A stretch of 64,000 nucleotides of DNA from Tepidisphaera sp. (GTDB lineage Bacteria > Planctomycetota > Phycisphaerae > Phycisphaerales > UBA1924): positions 3,200,001-3,264,000 of the forward strand of contig CP051526.1 of assembly GCA_050916045.1 (NCBI GenBank). Reading direction: 5' to 3'. Positions 10,873-20,316 of the stretch are shown here, one piece after another (position 1 is the stretch's first letter; the number at the start of each line of letters is the position of its first letter). Below the pieces are notes generated by a model that made no database searches, was not told where the DNA came from, and worked only from the letters and a program-made list of their open reading frames with translations. Position numbers and translations under genes: made by a program.

Positions 10873-12036
10873 ATGTTCCGCATCTGCCTCAAAATGCTGT
10901 TCAACGACCGCGCGAAGTTCTTCGGCATCCTCATGGGTGTCATGCTCGCGTCCCTGGTCATCACGCAGCAGGGGTCGATCTTCGTCGGGATCATGCACCG
11001 GGCGTGCAGCATCATCTCCGACATGCCCGCGGCGGAGATATGGGTCATGGATCCCAAGGTCCAGTACATCGAGGACCAGAAACCCATGACGGCGACGCAG
11101 CTTCCCCGCGTCCGCGGCGTCGAGGGCATCGAGTGGGCGATGCCGTTCTACAAAGGCCAGATCCGCGCCCGCCTCGACAACGGGCAGGTGATCAACTGTG
11201 TGCTTCTTGGGTACGACGACGCCACCCTCGTCGGCGGACCGAGCGAGATGGCGCAGGGCAGGCTCGAGGATCTCCGCGGCGCCGATGCCGTCATCGTCGA
11301 CGAGGTCGCCGCCAACGGCCGTCTGGCCAAACCCCCCACCACACCCGGCGGCCAGCCCACGCCGCTCCAGATCGGTGACACGCTTGAGCTCAACGACAAT
11401 CGCGCCGTGGTCGTGGGCATCGCGCGGATGACGCGGTCGTTCCAGAACCTCCCCGCGATCGTCACCACCTACTCGCGAGCGACCACCATGGCTCCCCGCG
11501 AGCGGCGGAACCTCTCGTACATCCTGGTGAAGCCCGCTCCGGGCGTGGACAAGGCGGAGCTCTGCCGCCGGATCACCGAAACCACGGGCTTGGCCGCGTA
11601 CACCTCGCTTGAGTTCAGGTGGATGACGGTCAACTACTTCCTGAAGTACACCGGCATTCCGATCAACTTCGGTCTGGCGGTCGGCCTGGGCTTCCTCGTG
11701 GGCACGGTCATCACCGGCTTTATGTTCTACAACTTCACGCTCGACAATCTCCGGTACTTTGCGACCTTCAAAGCCATGGGCGCGTCGGACGTGCGCCTGA
11801 TGCTGATGCTCCTGCTTCAAGCGGTGACGGTCGGCCTGCTGGGGTTTGGCTTGGGTGTGGGCCTCACGGGGCTGTTCGGCATCTCGACGCAGAACGCTCC
11901 GATCGCGTTCTTCCTCACGTGGCAGCTCCTCGTCGTCGCGGGCTGCGCGATCATCATCATCTGCATGCTTTCCGCGATGCTTGCGATCCGAAAGGTCATC
12001 CGGCTTGAGCCGGGCGTCGTCTTCAAGGGCGCGTAA
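10873..12036 (+). CDS. ABC exporter permease (FtsX/MacB/DevC-like), copy 2
   Basis: Paralog of the preceding gene: DRAKF...VITQQ, TFKAMGA, LEPGVVFK. Confidence 0.9.
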   Translation: MFRICLKMLFNDRAKFFGILMGVMLASLVITQQGSIFVGIMHRACSIISDMPAAEIWVMDPKVQYIEDQKPMTATQLPRVRGVEGIEWAMPFYKGQIRARLDNGQVINCVLLGYDDATLVGGPSEMAQGRLEDLRGADAVIVDEVAANGRLAKPPTTPGGQPTPLQIGDTLELNDNRAVVVGIARMTRSFQNLPAIVTTYSRATTMAPRERRNLSYILVKPAPGVDKAELCRRITETTGLAAYTSLEFRWMTVNYFLKYTGIPINFGLAVGLGFLVGTVITGFMFYNFTLDNLRYFATFKAMGASDVRLMLMLLLQAVTVGLLGFGLGVGLTGLFGISTQNAPIAFFLTWQLLVVAGCAIIIICMLSAMLAIRKVIRLEPGVVFKGA

Positions 12037-12048
12037 CAGAGAACCACC

Positions 12049-12798
12049 ATGTCCGCCATCACCATGCCATCCACACCCGCTTCCACCGGTTCAACTCCGC
12101 GTCCCAAAGCGGTCGATTGCCGGGCCGTGCAGAAGAGCTACGGCACCGGCCAAGCCGTCGTCCGGGCGCTCCGCGGCGTCGACCTTGATGTCTATTCGGG
12201 CGAGCTTCTGATGCTGGTGGGCCCTTCGGGCTGCGGCAAGACGACGCTCATCTCGATCATCGCGGGCGTTCTTGACCGCGATGCCGGCGAGTGCCGCGTC
12301 TTCGACCAGGACTTTGAGAAGCTCTCGCCCTCGGCCCGCGTCCGCTTCCGCGGGAAGACCATCGGATTTGTCTTCCAGTCCTTCAACCTGATCCCCACGC
12401 TCACCATCGCCGAGAACGTCGCGGTGCCTCTGCTGCTTCAGGGCGTCTCGCGGTCCGAAGCCATCGACCGCGCCCGCGCCATCCTCGACAAGGTCGGCCT
12501 CGGCGACCGCTGGCGGGATTCCTCGAACAAGCTCTCGGGCGGCCAGCAGCAGCGCGTTGCGATTTCCCGCGCGATCGTGCACAGCCCCAAGCTCATCGTC
12601 TGCGACGAGCCCACCAGCGCCCTCGACCACGCCACCGGCGAGAAGGTCATGGAGCTTCTCAAGGAAGCGGCCGTCGGCGAAGGCCGAAGCCTGATCGTCG
12701 TCACGCACGACAACCGCATTTTCCAGCACGCCGACCGCATCGCCCACATGGACGACGGCCGTATCGACAAGATCGTCACCGACCCCTCGCAGCTCTGA
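12049..12798 (+). CDS. ABC transporter ATP-binding protein (DevA/LolD-like)
   Basis: Walker A GPSGCGKT, signature LSGGQQQR, CDEPT, VTHD. Confidence 0.95.
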   Translation: MSAITMPSTPASTGSTPRPKAVDCRAVQKSYGTGQAVVRALRGVDLDVYSGELLMLVGPSGCGKTTLISIIAGVLDRDAGECRVFDQDFEKLSPSARVRFRGKTIGFVFQSFNLIPTLTIAENVAVPLLLQGVSRSEAIDRARAILDKVGLGDRWRDSSNKLSGGQQQRVAISRAIVHSPKLIVCDEPTSALDHATGEKVMELLKEAAVGEGRSLIVVTHDNRIFQHADRIAHMDDGRIDKIVTDPSQL

Positions 12799-12834
12799 AC
12801 GCGCACCAAGCCCTTCGTCAGATTGGAGCACGCC

Positions 12835-14004
12835 ATGTCCGCCATCATCAAGTTCGCGTCCGACACCGCCAAGACCTACACCATCCCCCTGCTCGCGATC
12901 GCCGGCATGGGGATGGCCGCGTTCACCGTCGTCAAGTCCTCGCGGCCCACCATCCCGACGCCGCCCGTCAGCGAGCCGCCGAAGACGCCGTTTGAAAGCT
13001 CAGTCGCCGGATCCGGCATCGTCGAGCCCAACTCCCAGAACATCGCCGTCGGCACGCCCGTCGCCGGCATCGTGCAGTCCGTCGCCGTCCGCGCCGGCGA
13101 CGACGTCAAGGCCGGCGACACGCTCTTCACCATCGACTCCAGAGAGATTCAGGCCGAGCTCGCCGCTCGCCAGGCCGCTCTGGCCGCACGGCAGGCGGCT
13201 CTCCGGGTCGCCGCGGCCAAGCTCGAAGCGCTCCGCGCGTACCCGAGGCCGGAGTCCATCCCGCCCGCGGAAGCCAAGGTCGCCGAGATCGCGGCTCTCC
13301 TCAGCGACGCCGAAGCCCAGCTCGCCAAGTGGGAGAACGTCGCCGACCCCCGCGCCGTCTCCGAAGACACCGTCAACCAGAAGCGTTTCGCCGTCCAGAC
13401 GCAGAAAGCCCGCCTCACGGCCGCACAGGCCGACCTCGCCCTCGTCAAAGCCGGGACGTTCAAGCCCGAGATCGATGCAGCTCAGGCTTCCGTCGATGAA
13501 GCCGCGTCCACCGTCGCCACCGCGCAGGCCGACCTTGACGCCATCCGCGTCGAGCTCGACCGCCGCACCGTGAAAGCGTCCGTCACGGGCAAGGTCCTCC
13601 AGGTGAACATCCGCCCCGGAGAGTTCGCTCAGGCCGGCTCGGTCCAGACGCCCCACCTCATCCTGGGCTCACTCTCCCCGCTGCACGTTCGCGTCGACGT
13701 TGACGAGAACGAAGCGTGGCGGGTCGGCGAGGGCCGCAACGCGGTGGCTTTCCTCCGCGGCAACAGCGACTTCAAGGCTTCGCTCCAATTCGTGCGGTTC
13801 GAGCCGTACATCGTGCCCAAGAAGTCCCTCACGGGCGAAAGCACCGAACGCGTCGACACCCGCGTCCTGCAGATCATCTTCGCGGTCGACCAGGCCGATT
13901 TCCCCATGTTCGTGGGGCAGCAGGTCGACGCGTACATCGAAGCCGCGCCCCGGCGCGCGAGCAAAAGCGAGCAGCCGTTCCCCGCGGCGTCGCCCGCCAA
14001 GTAG
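12835..14004 (+). CDS. HlyD/MFP periplasmic adaptor subunit
   Basis: N-terminal anchor, lipoyl-like half motifs (GIVQSVAVRAGDDVKAGDTL; GKVLQVNIRPGE), coiled-coil hairpin, ERVDTRVLQ. Confidence 0.9.
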   Translation: MSAIIKFASDTAKTYTIPLLAIAGMGMAAFTVVKSSRPTIPTPPVSEPPKTPFESSVAGSGIVEPNSQNIAVGTPVAGIVQSVAVRAGDDVKAGDTLFTIDSREIQAELAARQAALAARQAALRVAAAKLEALRAYPRPESIPPAEAKVAEIAALLSDAEAQLAKWENVADPRAVSEDTVNQKRFAVQTQKARLTAAQADLALVKAGTFKPEIDAAQASVDEAASTVATAQADLDAIRVELDRRTVKASVTGKVLQVNIRPGEFAQAGSVQTPHLILGSLSPLHVRVDVDENEAWRVGEGRNAVAFLRGNSDFKASLQFVRFEPYIVPKKSLTGESTERVDTRVLQIIFAVDQADFPMFVGQQVDAYIEAAPRRASKSEQPFPAASPAK

Positions 14005-14083
14005 AACACCGACCGTCCGTTCTCTAGACTCTCCCGCTTCGCCACACGCGAGGCGCAAAGCACCAGCTTTCGACAGGAAACCC

Positions 14084-15580
14084 ATGAACCGCTCGTCCAC
14101 GACCGCCGCTCTCTCAGCCGCCGCTCTTGCGCTTCTCGCGGGCTGCACCGTCGGCCCCGAGTACGCCAAGCCCGGGATCGAGATTCCCGGTTCGTTCACC
14201 GCGGGGCAGGAGATCTCCGCGAACATCCCGCGCGATGACTCCAAGGGCGCCCCGCCGCAGCCTGCTCAGCTTCCCGTGGCCAGCACCGCCGATCTGGCGA
14301 ACTGGTGGACCACCATGGGCGACGAGACGCTGACCGGGCTCATCGGGTCCGCACTGCAAGCCAATCACGACATCCGCCTCGCGGTCGCGCGTCTGGACGA
14401 ATCGCGGGCGCTCGTGGGGATCGCCCGCGCCGAACGCGGCGTGCAGATCGACGCGGACGGACGCTTTTCCCGGAGCCGCGGCAGCGAGACGACCACCAAC
14501 GGCTCCCGATTCCAGTCCGACGTGGACGATGAGTTCCGCGCGGGCGTCAGTGCTTCGTGGGAGGTTGATTTCTTCGGCCGCGTGCGTCGATCCGTGCAGG
14601 CCGCCCGTGCGGACCTCGATGCGGCCGAAGCGTCGGTGAACGACGCGCATGTGCTCATCGCGGCGGACGTCGCGCAACGCTACGTCGAACTCCGCGGGGC
14701 GCAGCAGCGGCTTGAGGTCAACCGCCGCGCCATCGCCGTTCGCGAGCAGACGCTCGATCTCTCCAAAGCCCTGCTGAAGACGGGCCTCGCCGCCGAGTTC
14801 GATGTAGCTCAGGCCGAAGCCGAGCTTGCTTCGAGGCGCGCGGCTTCACCCGTCTTCGAAGCCCAGATCCGTCAGAACGCGCACGCGCTGGCGGTTCTGT
14901 GCGGCAAGTCGGCTGCGGACCTCCTTGAGCTGACGACGGCTTCGGGACCGATCCCCGTTCCGCCCGCTTCGCTTGCTCTGGGAGTTCCGGCGGACCTGCT
15001 GATGCGACGGCCGGATCTGCGGCGGGCCGAGCGGCAACTGGCCGCGGCGACGGCTCGCATCGGGGTGGCGACGGCGGATCTCTACCCGCGATTCTCGCTG
15101 CTCGGGTCGTTCGCGATGGAGTCCGCCAACGCGGGGGACTTCGCGGACCTCGACAGCCGTTCGTACTCGTTCGGGCCCTCGGTGACGTGGTCGGTCTTCA
15201 ACAACGGACGCGTCAAGTCGAACATCGACGCCGCCGACGCCCGCACGACCCAATCGCTGATCGCTTACGAACAGGCGGTGCTCGTCGCGATCCGCGAAGC
15301 CGAGGACGCGCTGGTCGGGCTTTCCAGCGAGCGCACGAGGCTCGATTCACTCCAGACCGCGGTCAAGTCCAACGAGCGCGCGGTGGAGCTTGCCGAATCG
15401 CTCTTCAAGACCGGCCTGAGCGCGCTCACGCCCGTGCTCGACAACCAGCGCCGGTTGTACGACGCGGAGGACCAAGCCGCGCAGAGCCGCACCGCCGTCG
15501 CGACCAGCGCCGTGGCGGTGTACAAAGCTCTCGGCGGCGGATGGCAGCCGCGCGAGCCGCGGAAAGAAAGCCGTCAGTAA
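14084..15580 (+). CDS. TolC/NodT family outer-membrane efflux lipoprotein
   Basis: Lipobox LAGC-TVGP, WEVDFFG, RRPDLRRAE, YKALGGGW. Confidence 0.93.
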   Translation: MNRSSTTAALSAAALALLAGCTVGPEYAKPGIEIPGSFTAGQEISANIPRDDSKGAPPQPAQLPVASTADLANWWTTMGDETLTGLIGSALQANHDIRLAVARLDESRALVGIARAERGVQIDADGRFSRSRGSETTTNGSRFQSDVDDEFRAGVSASWEVDFFGRVRRSVQAARADLDAAEASVNDAHVLIAADVAQRYVELRGAQQRLEVNRRAIAVREQTLDLSKALLKTGLAAEFDVAQAEAELASRRAASPVFEAQIRQNAHALAVLCGKSAADLLELTTASGPIPVPPASLALGVPADLLMRRPDLRRAERQLAAATARIGVATADLYPRFSLLGSFAMESANAGDFADLDSRSYSFGPSVTWSVFNNGRVKSNIDAADARTTQSLIAYEQAVLVAIREAEDALVGLSSERTRLDSLQTAVKSNERAVELAESLFKTGLSALTPVLDNQRRLYDAEDQAAQSRTAVATSAVAVYKALGGGWQPREPRKESRQ

Positions 15581-15587
15581 GTCCCGC

Positions 15588-16970
15588 TCAGAACGCCACG
15601 CCAACCTGGATCCCAAGCAGCGTCGCATCGTCGATGCTCGCGCGGCCGGAAGGGTTGATGATGTGCTGCACGAAGGGCTGGACGTACATCCACGGAGTGA
15701 CCTGGGCTTTGTAGTAGAGTTCGAACAGGTGCTCATCGCGATCGGCGCCCGTCAGCACGTCCTTGCTCGCGTCGATCATGGACCAGTAGAAGCCCGCGCC
15801 GTCATCGCTTCGGGCGCTGCACGTGCCCTTGAGCGTCACGCCCGCGGCGACGTGCTGTCCGATCACCGTCACGTCCTTGTCGGCCCAGCCGTACTGGCCG
15901 AAGATGAAAAGGCCCTTGTCCTTGTTCTCATCGTCGGAGCCGCGGCGCCAGAGCTGCTGTTCGGCCAGGGCGTAGAAGCCCTCGGCACCTTCGTCCACCC
16001 CGCCGTCAAACCGGGCGAAATCACCCGTCGCGTACCAGCCGCCGATCGCGGCCCGTCCGCCGCCGGTTTCGCCGCAGTCCCACGAGTATCCCGTTTCGGC
16101 GATCCAGTACCAGGACTGGCTGCGTGAATCGCTGAAGAAGTCCGCCGGACCGCGCCCGCCGGTGCGGATGCCGTCCTGCGTCGCACCGTCGAAGAACCCG
16201 CCGCCCACGTACCACGATTCGGTCGGGTACACGAACGCGACGATGCCGGTGGCCTGGGCCGGGACTGTGGGGATCGAGAGGATGTTGGGTGACACGCCCG
16301 CGGATGAGCTCGTGAAATCGCCGGCCGCGTTGACGAACGCGAACTCGGCGTTCGCGTCGATCTTGCCCGCTTTGAGACGGACCACGCCGTCCCAGAACTC
16401 CTGCTGGAACCACGCTTCACCGATCTCGTCGATGTTGCGGCCGTACTCGATGTTGGACGGAGCCTGGAACGAACCGGCATCGGCGAGGGCGCTGCGTTCA
16501 TCCGACGAGGAGAACGCGACGAAGGCGCTCGCGCCCTTCCAATCGCACATGGCTTCGAAGTCGAACGCGACGTTGAAGTCCCAGAGGGTGCGGGTGCTGG
16601 CTCGCTCGCGTGCGCCGCCTTCGACGACGGAGACGGTGTTCAGGGTGAACGATCCGTTGAAGTTGATGCCGGAATCCTCGAGCTTCTTCCGGGCGCCCCA
16701 CCAGTTGCCGGTCATGCGATCCTGCGACCAGAAGGTGATCTCGGGAGCCGGAGCCGGCTCGGCCGGTTTCGTCTCGGGGGCGCGGTCGCGGTCGCCCTTC
16801 TCGCGGCCGGGCAGGTCCTGCGGCCCGAGTTCACGCTCCATGAACCCCGCCAGCTCGGGCTGGTCTGCCTGCTCGAGCCCGGGGAGGTCGGTCGCGGGCT
16901 GCTCGGGCTGAGCGGCCATCGTGGTGCCGGCAAAGGCGAAGAGGAAAGCGATGCCACAGTTCTTGCGCAT
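15588..16970 (-). CDS. OprB-family (carbohydrate-selective) porin
   Basis: Signal peptide, MTGNWWGARKKLEDSGI, LKAGKIDAN, ELYYKAQ, VQHIINP, C-terminal Phe. Confidence 0.85.
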   Translation of the reverse strand: MRKNCGIAFLFAFAGTTMAAQPEQPATDLPGLEQADQPELAGFMERELGPQDLPGREKGDRDRAPETKPAEPAPAPEITFWSQDRMTGNWWGARKKLEDSGINFNGSFTLNTVSVVEGGARERASTRTLWDFNVAFDFEAMCDWKGASAFVAFSSSDERSALADAGSFQAPSNIEYGRNIDEIGEAWFQQEFWDGVVRLKAGKIDANAEFAFVNAAGDFTSSSAGVSPNILSIPTVPAQATGIVAFVYPTESWYVGGGFFDGATQDGIRTGGRGPADFFSDSRSQSWYWIAETGYSWDCGETGGGRAAIGGWYATGDFARFDGGVDEGAEGFYALAEQQLWRRGSDDENKDKGLFIFGQYGWADKDVTVIGQHVAAGVTLKGTCSARSDDGAGFYWSMIDASKDVLTGADRDEHLFELYYKAQVTPWMYVQPFVQHIINPSGRASIDDATLLGIQVGVAF

Positions 16971-17299
16971 GTTGATAGCTCCGAGAACACCACGTCACTT
17001 GAACGTGGAGTCAGAGCAGAAAGTCGGCGGTCAAAGGCCCCGACTTTACGCGGATATGCGGAATGAGGCAAACACCCGATCTGCGGGTGACCGGCCGCCG
17101 CGAATTTTCAAATTCTGATGCTCTTGCGCCGGATTGCGGATGCAACCGCACCGATCCTGTGTACAAATATGTGTGTGCGGCCTCCGTCTTTTGCGGAGCT
17201 CGCGTTCTGAATCTGTTCGGGTGATCGATACGCGGTTTGTGGATTGAGGGTTCGCCTGCCGCTGACAACGACGCCTGGGTGCGTCGAGAGGAGTGAGAC

Positions 17300-19138
17300 T
17301 TGAGTTCGCAGTCCCAGCATTCACTCGCGTCGCGTGCCGTCATGACGGCTTGGGTGGTCCTTCCGATCGCCGGGCTTCTGGCCGCGGCGGGCACGACGGC
17401 GGATCCGATCACGACCGCCACGGACTTCTTCACGCCCGGTACGCAGCCGCTGGAGCACATCGAGTCGTTCGAGACCGCTCAGGTGTGCGCGTTCTGCCAC
17501 GGCGGGTACGAGTCCGAGGAAGAGCCGTACCGCCCGTGGGTCGGCAGCATGATGGGTCAGGCGACGCGCGACCCGGTCTTCCAGGCGGCGGTCGCGATCG
17601 CGAACCAGGACGCTCCCGGGTCGGGCGTTTCCTGCTTCCGGTGCCACGCTCCGATGGGCGAAGTCGAGGGCCGCGTGACTCCCGACGGTTCGGAACTGGT
17701 TGACTTCGACTTTGAGGGCATTTCCTGCATCATCTGCCACCGCATGGTGGACCCGGAATACAAGCCGGGCATCAGCCCCGCGGTCGACCAGTCGATCCTC
17801 GCCAATCTGCTCGAGCCTCCGGTGTCGGCGCACAACGCCGCGTGGGTCCTGGACCCCGAAGACCGCCGCCGCGGCCCCTTCGAGCTCACACCCCAAGCGA
17901 CATACCACCCGTGGATCGAGTCGCCGTTCCACCAGACCTCCAACCTCTGCGCGACCTGCCACGAGGTTTCGAACCCGGCGTTCAGCAAGCAGCCCGACGG
18001 CACCTACGCCCTCAACGCTTTCAATACGCCGCACCCCACGCAGAACAAGCTCGACATGTTCCCCGAGCAGCGGACCTACAGCGAGTGGAGCAAATCCGCT
18101 TTCGCGCTGGGCCCCATCGACATGGGCGGCCGTTTCGGCGGCAACAAGCTCGAAGTCAGCACCTGCCAGGACTGCCACATGCCCGATGCCAGCGGCACGG
18201 CCTGTGAGCCGTTCCTCGGCGGCGCCGTCCGCGAGGATCTGCCCAAGCACGGCTTCGCTGGCGCGAACACCTGGGTCCTCCGCGCGGTCAACAAGCTTTA
18301 TGACCAGAGCGAGACCGGCCTGGACGATGAGACGGTCGAAGCGTCGATCGCTCGCAACCTCGCGATGCTCAGCGCCGCCGCCGACGTCAACCTGTCGGTC
18401 GTCGACGGCCAGCTCCTTGTGCGTGTGGTGAATCAGACCGGTCACAAGCTGCCCACCGGCTATCCCGAAGGTCGCCGGATGTGGGTCAACGTCGTGTTCG
18501 AAGGTGCGGCCGGCCCCATCGCGGAGCGCGGAGCGTACAACTTCGACACGGCGACCCTGACCGAGGGTGACACAAAGGTCTACGAGGGCAAGATCGGGAT
18601 GGACGCGGCGACGGCCGCCATCAGCGGGCGTCCTGCGGGCCCCGGCTTCCACCTCGCCCTGAACAACACGTGGTTCTCCGACAACCGCATCCCGCCCCGC
18701 GGCTTTAACAACGCCGAGTTCGCGTCGGTGCAGGCCGCGCCGGTCAACTACACGTACGCCGACGGGCAGTACTGGGACGACACCAGCTACTCGATCCCGG
18801 CCGGGACGCGTCGCGTGGTGGTCAACCTGTACTACCAGACCTCCACCCGCGATTACATGGAGTTCCTCCGCGACGCCAACGTCACCAATCAGGCGGGCAT
18901 GGTCGTTTGGAACGAGTACGTCCGGTTCGGCAAGTCCGCGCCGCACCTCATGGTCCAGTCGACCATGCCGCTCTGCGTGGCTGATTTCAACCTCGACGGG
19001 TTCCTGGACTTCTTCGACTACGACGAGTTCGTCGGGGCATTCGAAGCCGGCACGCCCAACGCGGACATCAACGGCGACAACTTCCTGGACTTCTTCGACT
19101 ACGACGACTTCGTCGCGGCGTTCGAAGCCGGCTGCTGA
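17300..19138 (+). CDS. Secreted pentaheme c-type cytochrome with C-terminal dockerin-like (GC-type) tail
   Basis: Five CxxCH motifs (CAFCH, CFRCH, CIICH, CATCH, CQDCH), GHKLPTG, tail CVADFNLDGFLDFFDYD...FEAGC; GAGGAG upstream of the TTG start. Confidence 0.88.
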   Translation: MSSQSQHSLASRAVMTAWVVLPIAGLLAAAGTTADPITTATDFFTPGTQPLEHIESFETAQVCAFCHGGYESEEEPYRPWVGSMMGQATRDPVFQAAVAIANQDAPGSGVSCFRCHAPMGEVEGRVTPDGSELVDFDFEGISCIICHRMVDPEYKPGISPAVDQSILANLLEPPVSAHNAAWVLDPEDRRRGPFELTPQATYHPWIESPFHQTSNLCATCHEVSNPAFSKQPDGTYALNAFNTPHPTQNKLDMFPEQRTYSEWSKSAFALGPIDMGGRFGGNKLEVSTCQDCHMPDASGTACEPFLGGAVREDLPKHGFAGANTWVLRAVNKLYDQSETGLDDETVEASIARNLAMLSAAADVNLSVVDGQLLVRVVNQTGHKLPTGYPEGRRMWVNVVFEGAAGPIAERGAYNFDTATLTEGDTKVYEGKIGMDAATAAISGRPAGPGFHLALNNTWFSDNRIPPRGFNNAEFASVQAAPVNYTYADGQYWDDTSYSIPAGTRRVVVNLYYQTSTRDYMEFLRDANVTNQAGMVVWNEYVRFGKSAPHLMVQSTMPLCVADFNLDGFLDFFDYDEFVGAFEAGTPNADINGDNFLDFFDYDDFVAAFEAGC

Positions 19139-19161
19139 AGCCGCCCGCTGAAGCCGGCCGG

Positions 19162-19680
19162 TCAGAAGACCATGAAGACCGTCACGACGCCCGCTTGCAT
19201 CACCGCGAGCGAGCCCTTGACGAACACGGCCACCGCGCGGCCCGCCGCCGCGCCGGTGCCGGACTTGGCGGATTCCTTCCACGTCCGGCCCGCCACCCCG
19301 CGCTCGGCCAGCCCGGTCACAATCCCCGCGCCCGCGATCGCGCCGATCAGCGTGCCGACGATGGGCACCGGGATCAGCACCGTCCCGGCGATCGCGCCCG
19401 CGATGGACCCCACCAACGACCCGGCCATTCCCGATTTGCTCGCGCCAAACTTCCGGGCCCCCACCGCCGAGCTTCCGGTTTCGGCCACCTCGCCGAGCGC
19501 GGCCAGCGCCGCCACCGCGCCCACCACCCACCACGACATCGGCTGCGGATCCATCAGCGCCGTCGCCAGGACGGCTGCCAGGACCGTCAGCCACATGCCC
19601 GGCAAAAGCACCATCGTGAGCAGCGTGCCCACCCACGCCGCCAGCACCACCAGGATGATCCATGTCCATTCCACGTCCAA
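19162..19680 (-). CDS. DUF456-like membrane protein
   Basis: LPGMWL, GARKFGASKSG, PIVGTLIGA; Gly-rich TM helices. Confidence 0.75.
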   Translation of the reverse strand: MDVEWTWIILVVLAAWVGTLLTMVLLPGMWLTVLAAVLATALMDPQPMSWWVVGAVAALAALGEVAETGSSAVGARKFGASKSGMAGSLVGSIAGAIAGTVLIPVPIVGTLIGAIAGAGIVTGLAERGVAGRTWKESAKSGTGAAAGRAVAVFVKGSLAVMQAGVVTVFMVF

Positions 19681-19778
19681 CGTTATTCGGGAACCCCGCT
19701 CCCCGTTTTTGACCCGCTTCTCCGCCCCGCGCTTTCGAGCCGGGTGAATCGGCTATCCTGCCCCTTCGGAGAATCCCC

Positions 19779-20297
19779 GTGCACCCACTCTCTCGATTCA
19801 TCCTGGACGTCCCCGACTTTCCCAAGCCCGGGATCGTCTTCAAGGACTTCACGCCCCTGCTCGCCGACCCCGCCGGGCTCGCCAACGCGGTGGACCTGAT
19901 GGCCGCTCCGTTCCGCGACAAGCGGATCGACCACGTCATGGGTGCCGAGTCCCGCGGGTTCATCTTCGGCACGGCGATTGCCCGGGCTCTCTCCTGCGGC
20001 TTTGTCCCTGTTCGCAAGACGGGAAAGCTTCCTCGCGCGACGCACCGCGTCTCCTACCAGCTCGAATACGGCACCGACCAGCTCGAAGTGCACACCGACG
20101 CGGTCAAGCCCGGCCAGCGCGTCCTCCTCGTCGACGACCTGCTCGCCACCGGCGGCACGCTGGAAGCCTGCGCCGAGCTGGCCAAGCGTCTTGGAGCCAC
20201 GATCGTCGGCCTCACGGTCCTCATCGAACTCCCCGCGCTCCGCGGGCGCGACCGCCTGTCGGCTTTCGGCGAGGTTCACTCGGTCCTGACCTATTGA
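19779..20297 (+). CDS. apt: Adenine phosphoribosyltransferase
   Basis: PDFPKPGIVFKD, ESRGF, RKTGKLP, LEYG, VDDLLATGGT. Confidence 0.96.
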   Translation: MHPLSRFILDVPDFPKPGIVFKDFTPLLADPAGLANAVDLMAAPFRDKRIDHVMGAESRGFIFGTAIARALSCGFVPVRKTGKLPRATHRVSYQLEYGTDQLEVHTDAVKPGQRVLLVDDLLATGGTLEACAELAKRLGATIVGLTVLIELPALRGRDRLSAFGEVHSVLTY

Positions 20298-20316
20298 ACA
20301 GTTCGTGCGCCCACGA

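Noticed and set aside
17066..17100. GGCAAAC-hairpin resembling a c-di-GMP-I riboswitch
   Set aside because: Lacks the GNRA tetraloop and the downstream GACGCAAAG element.
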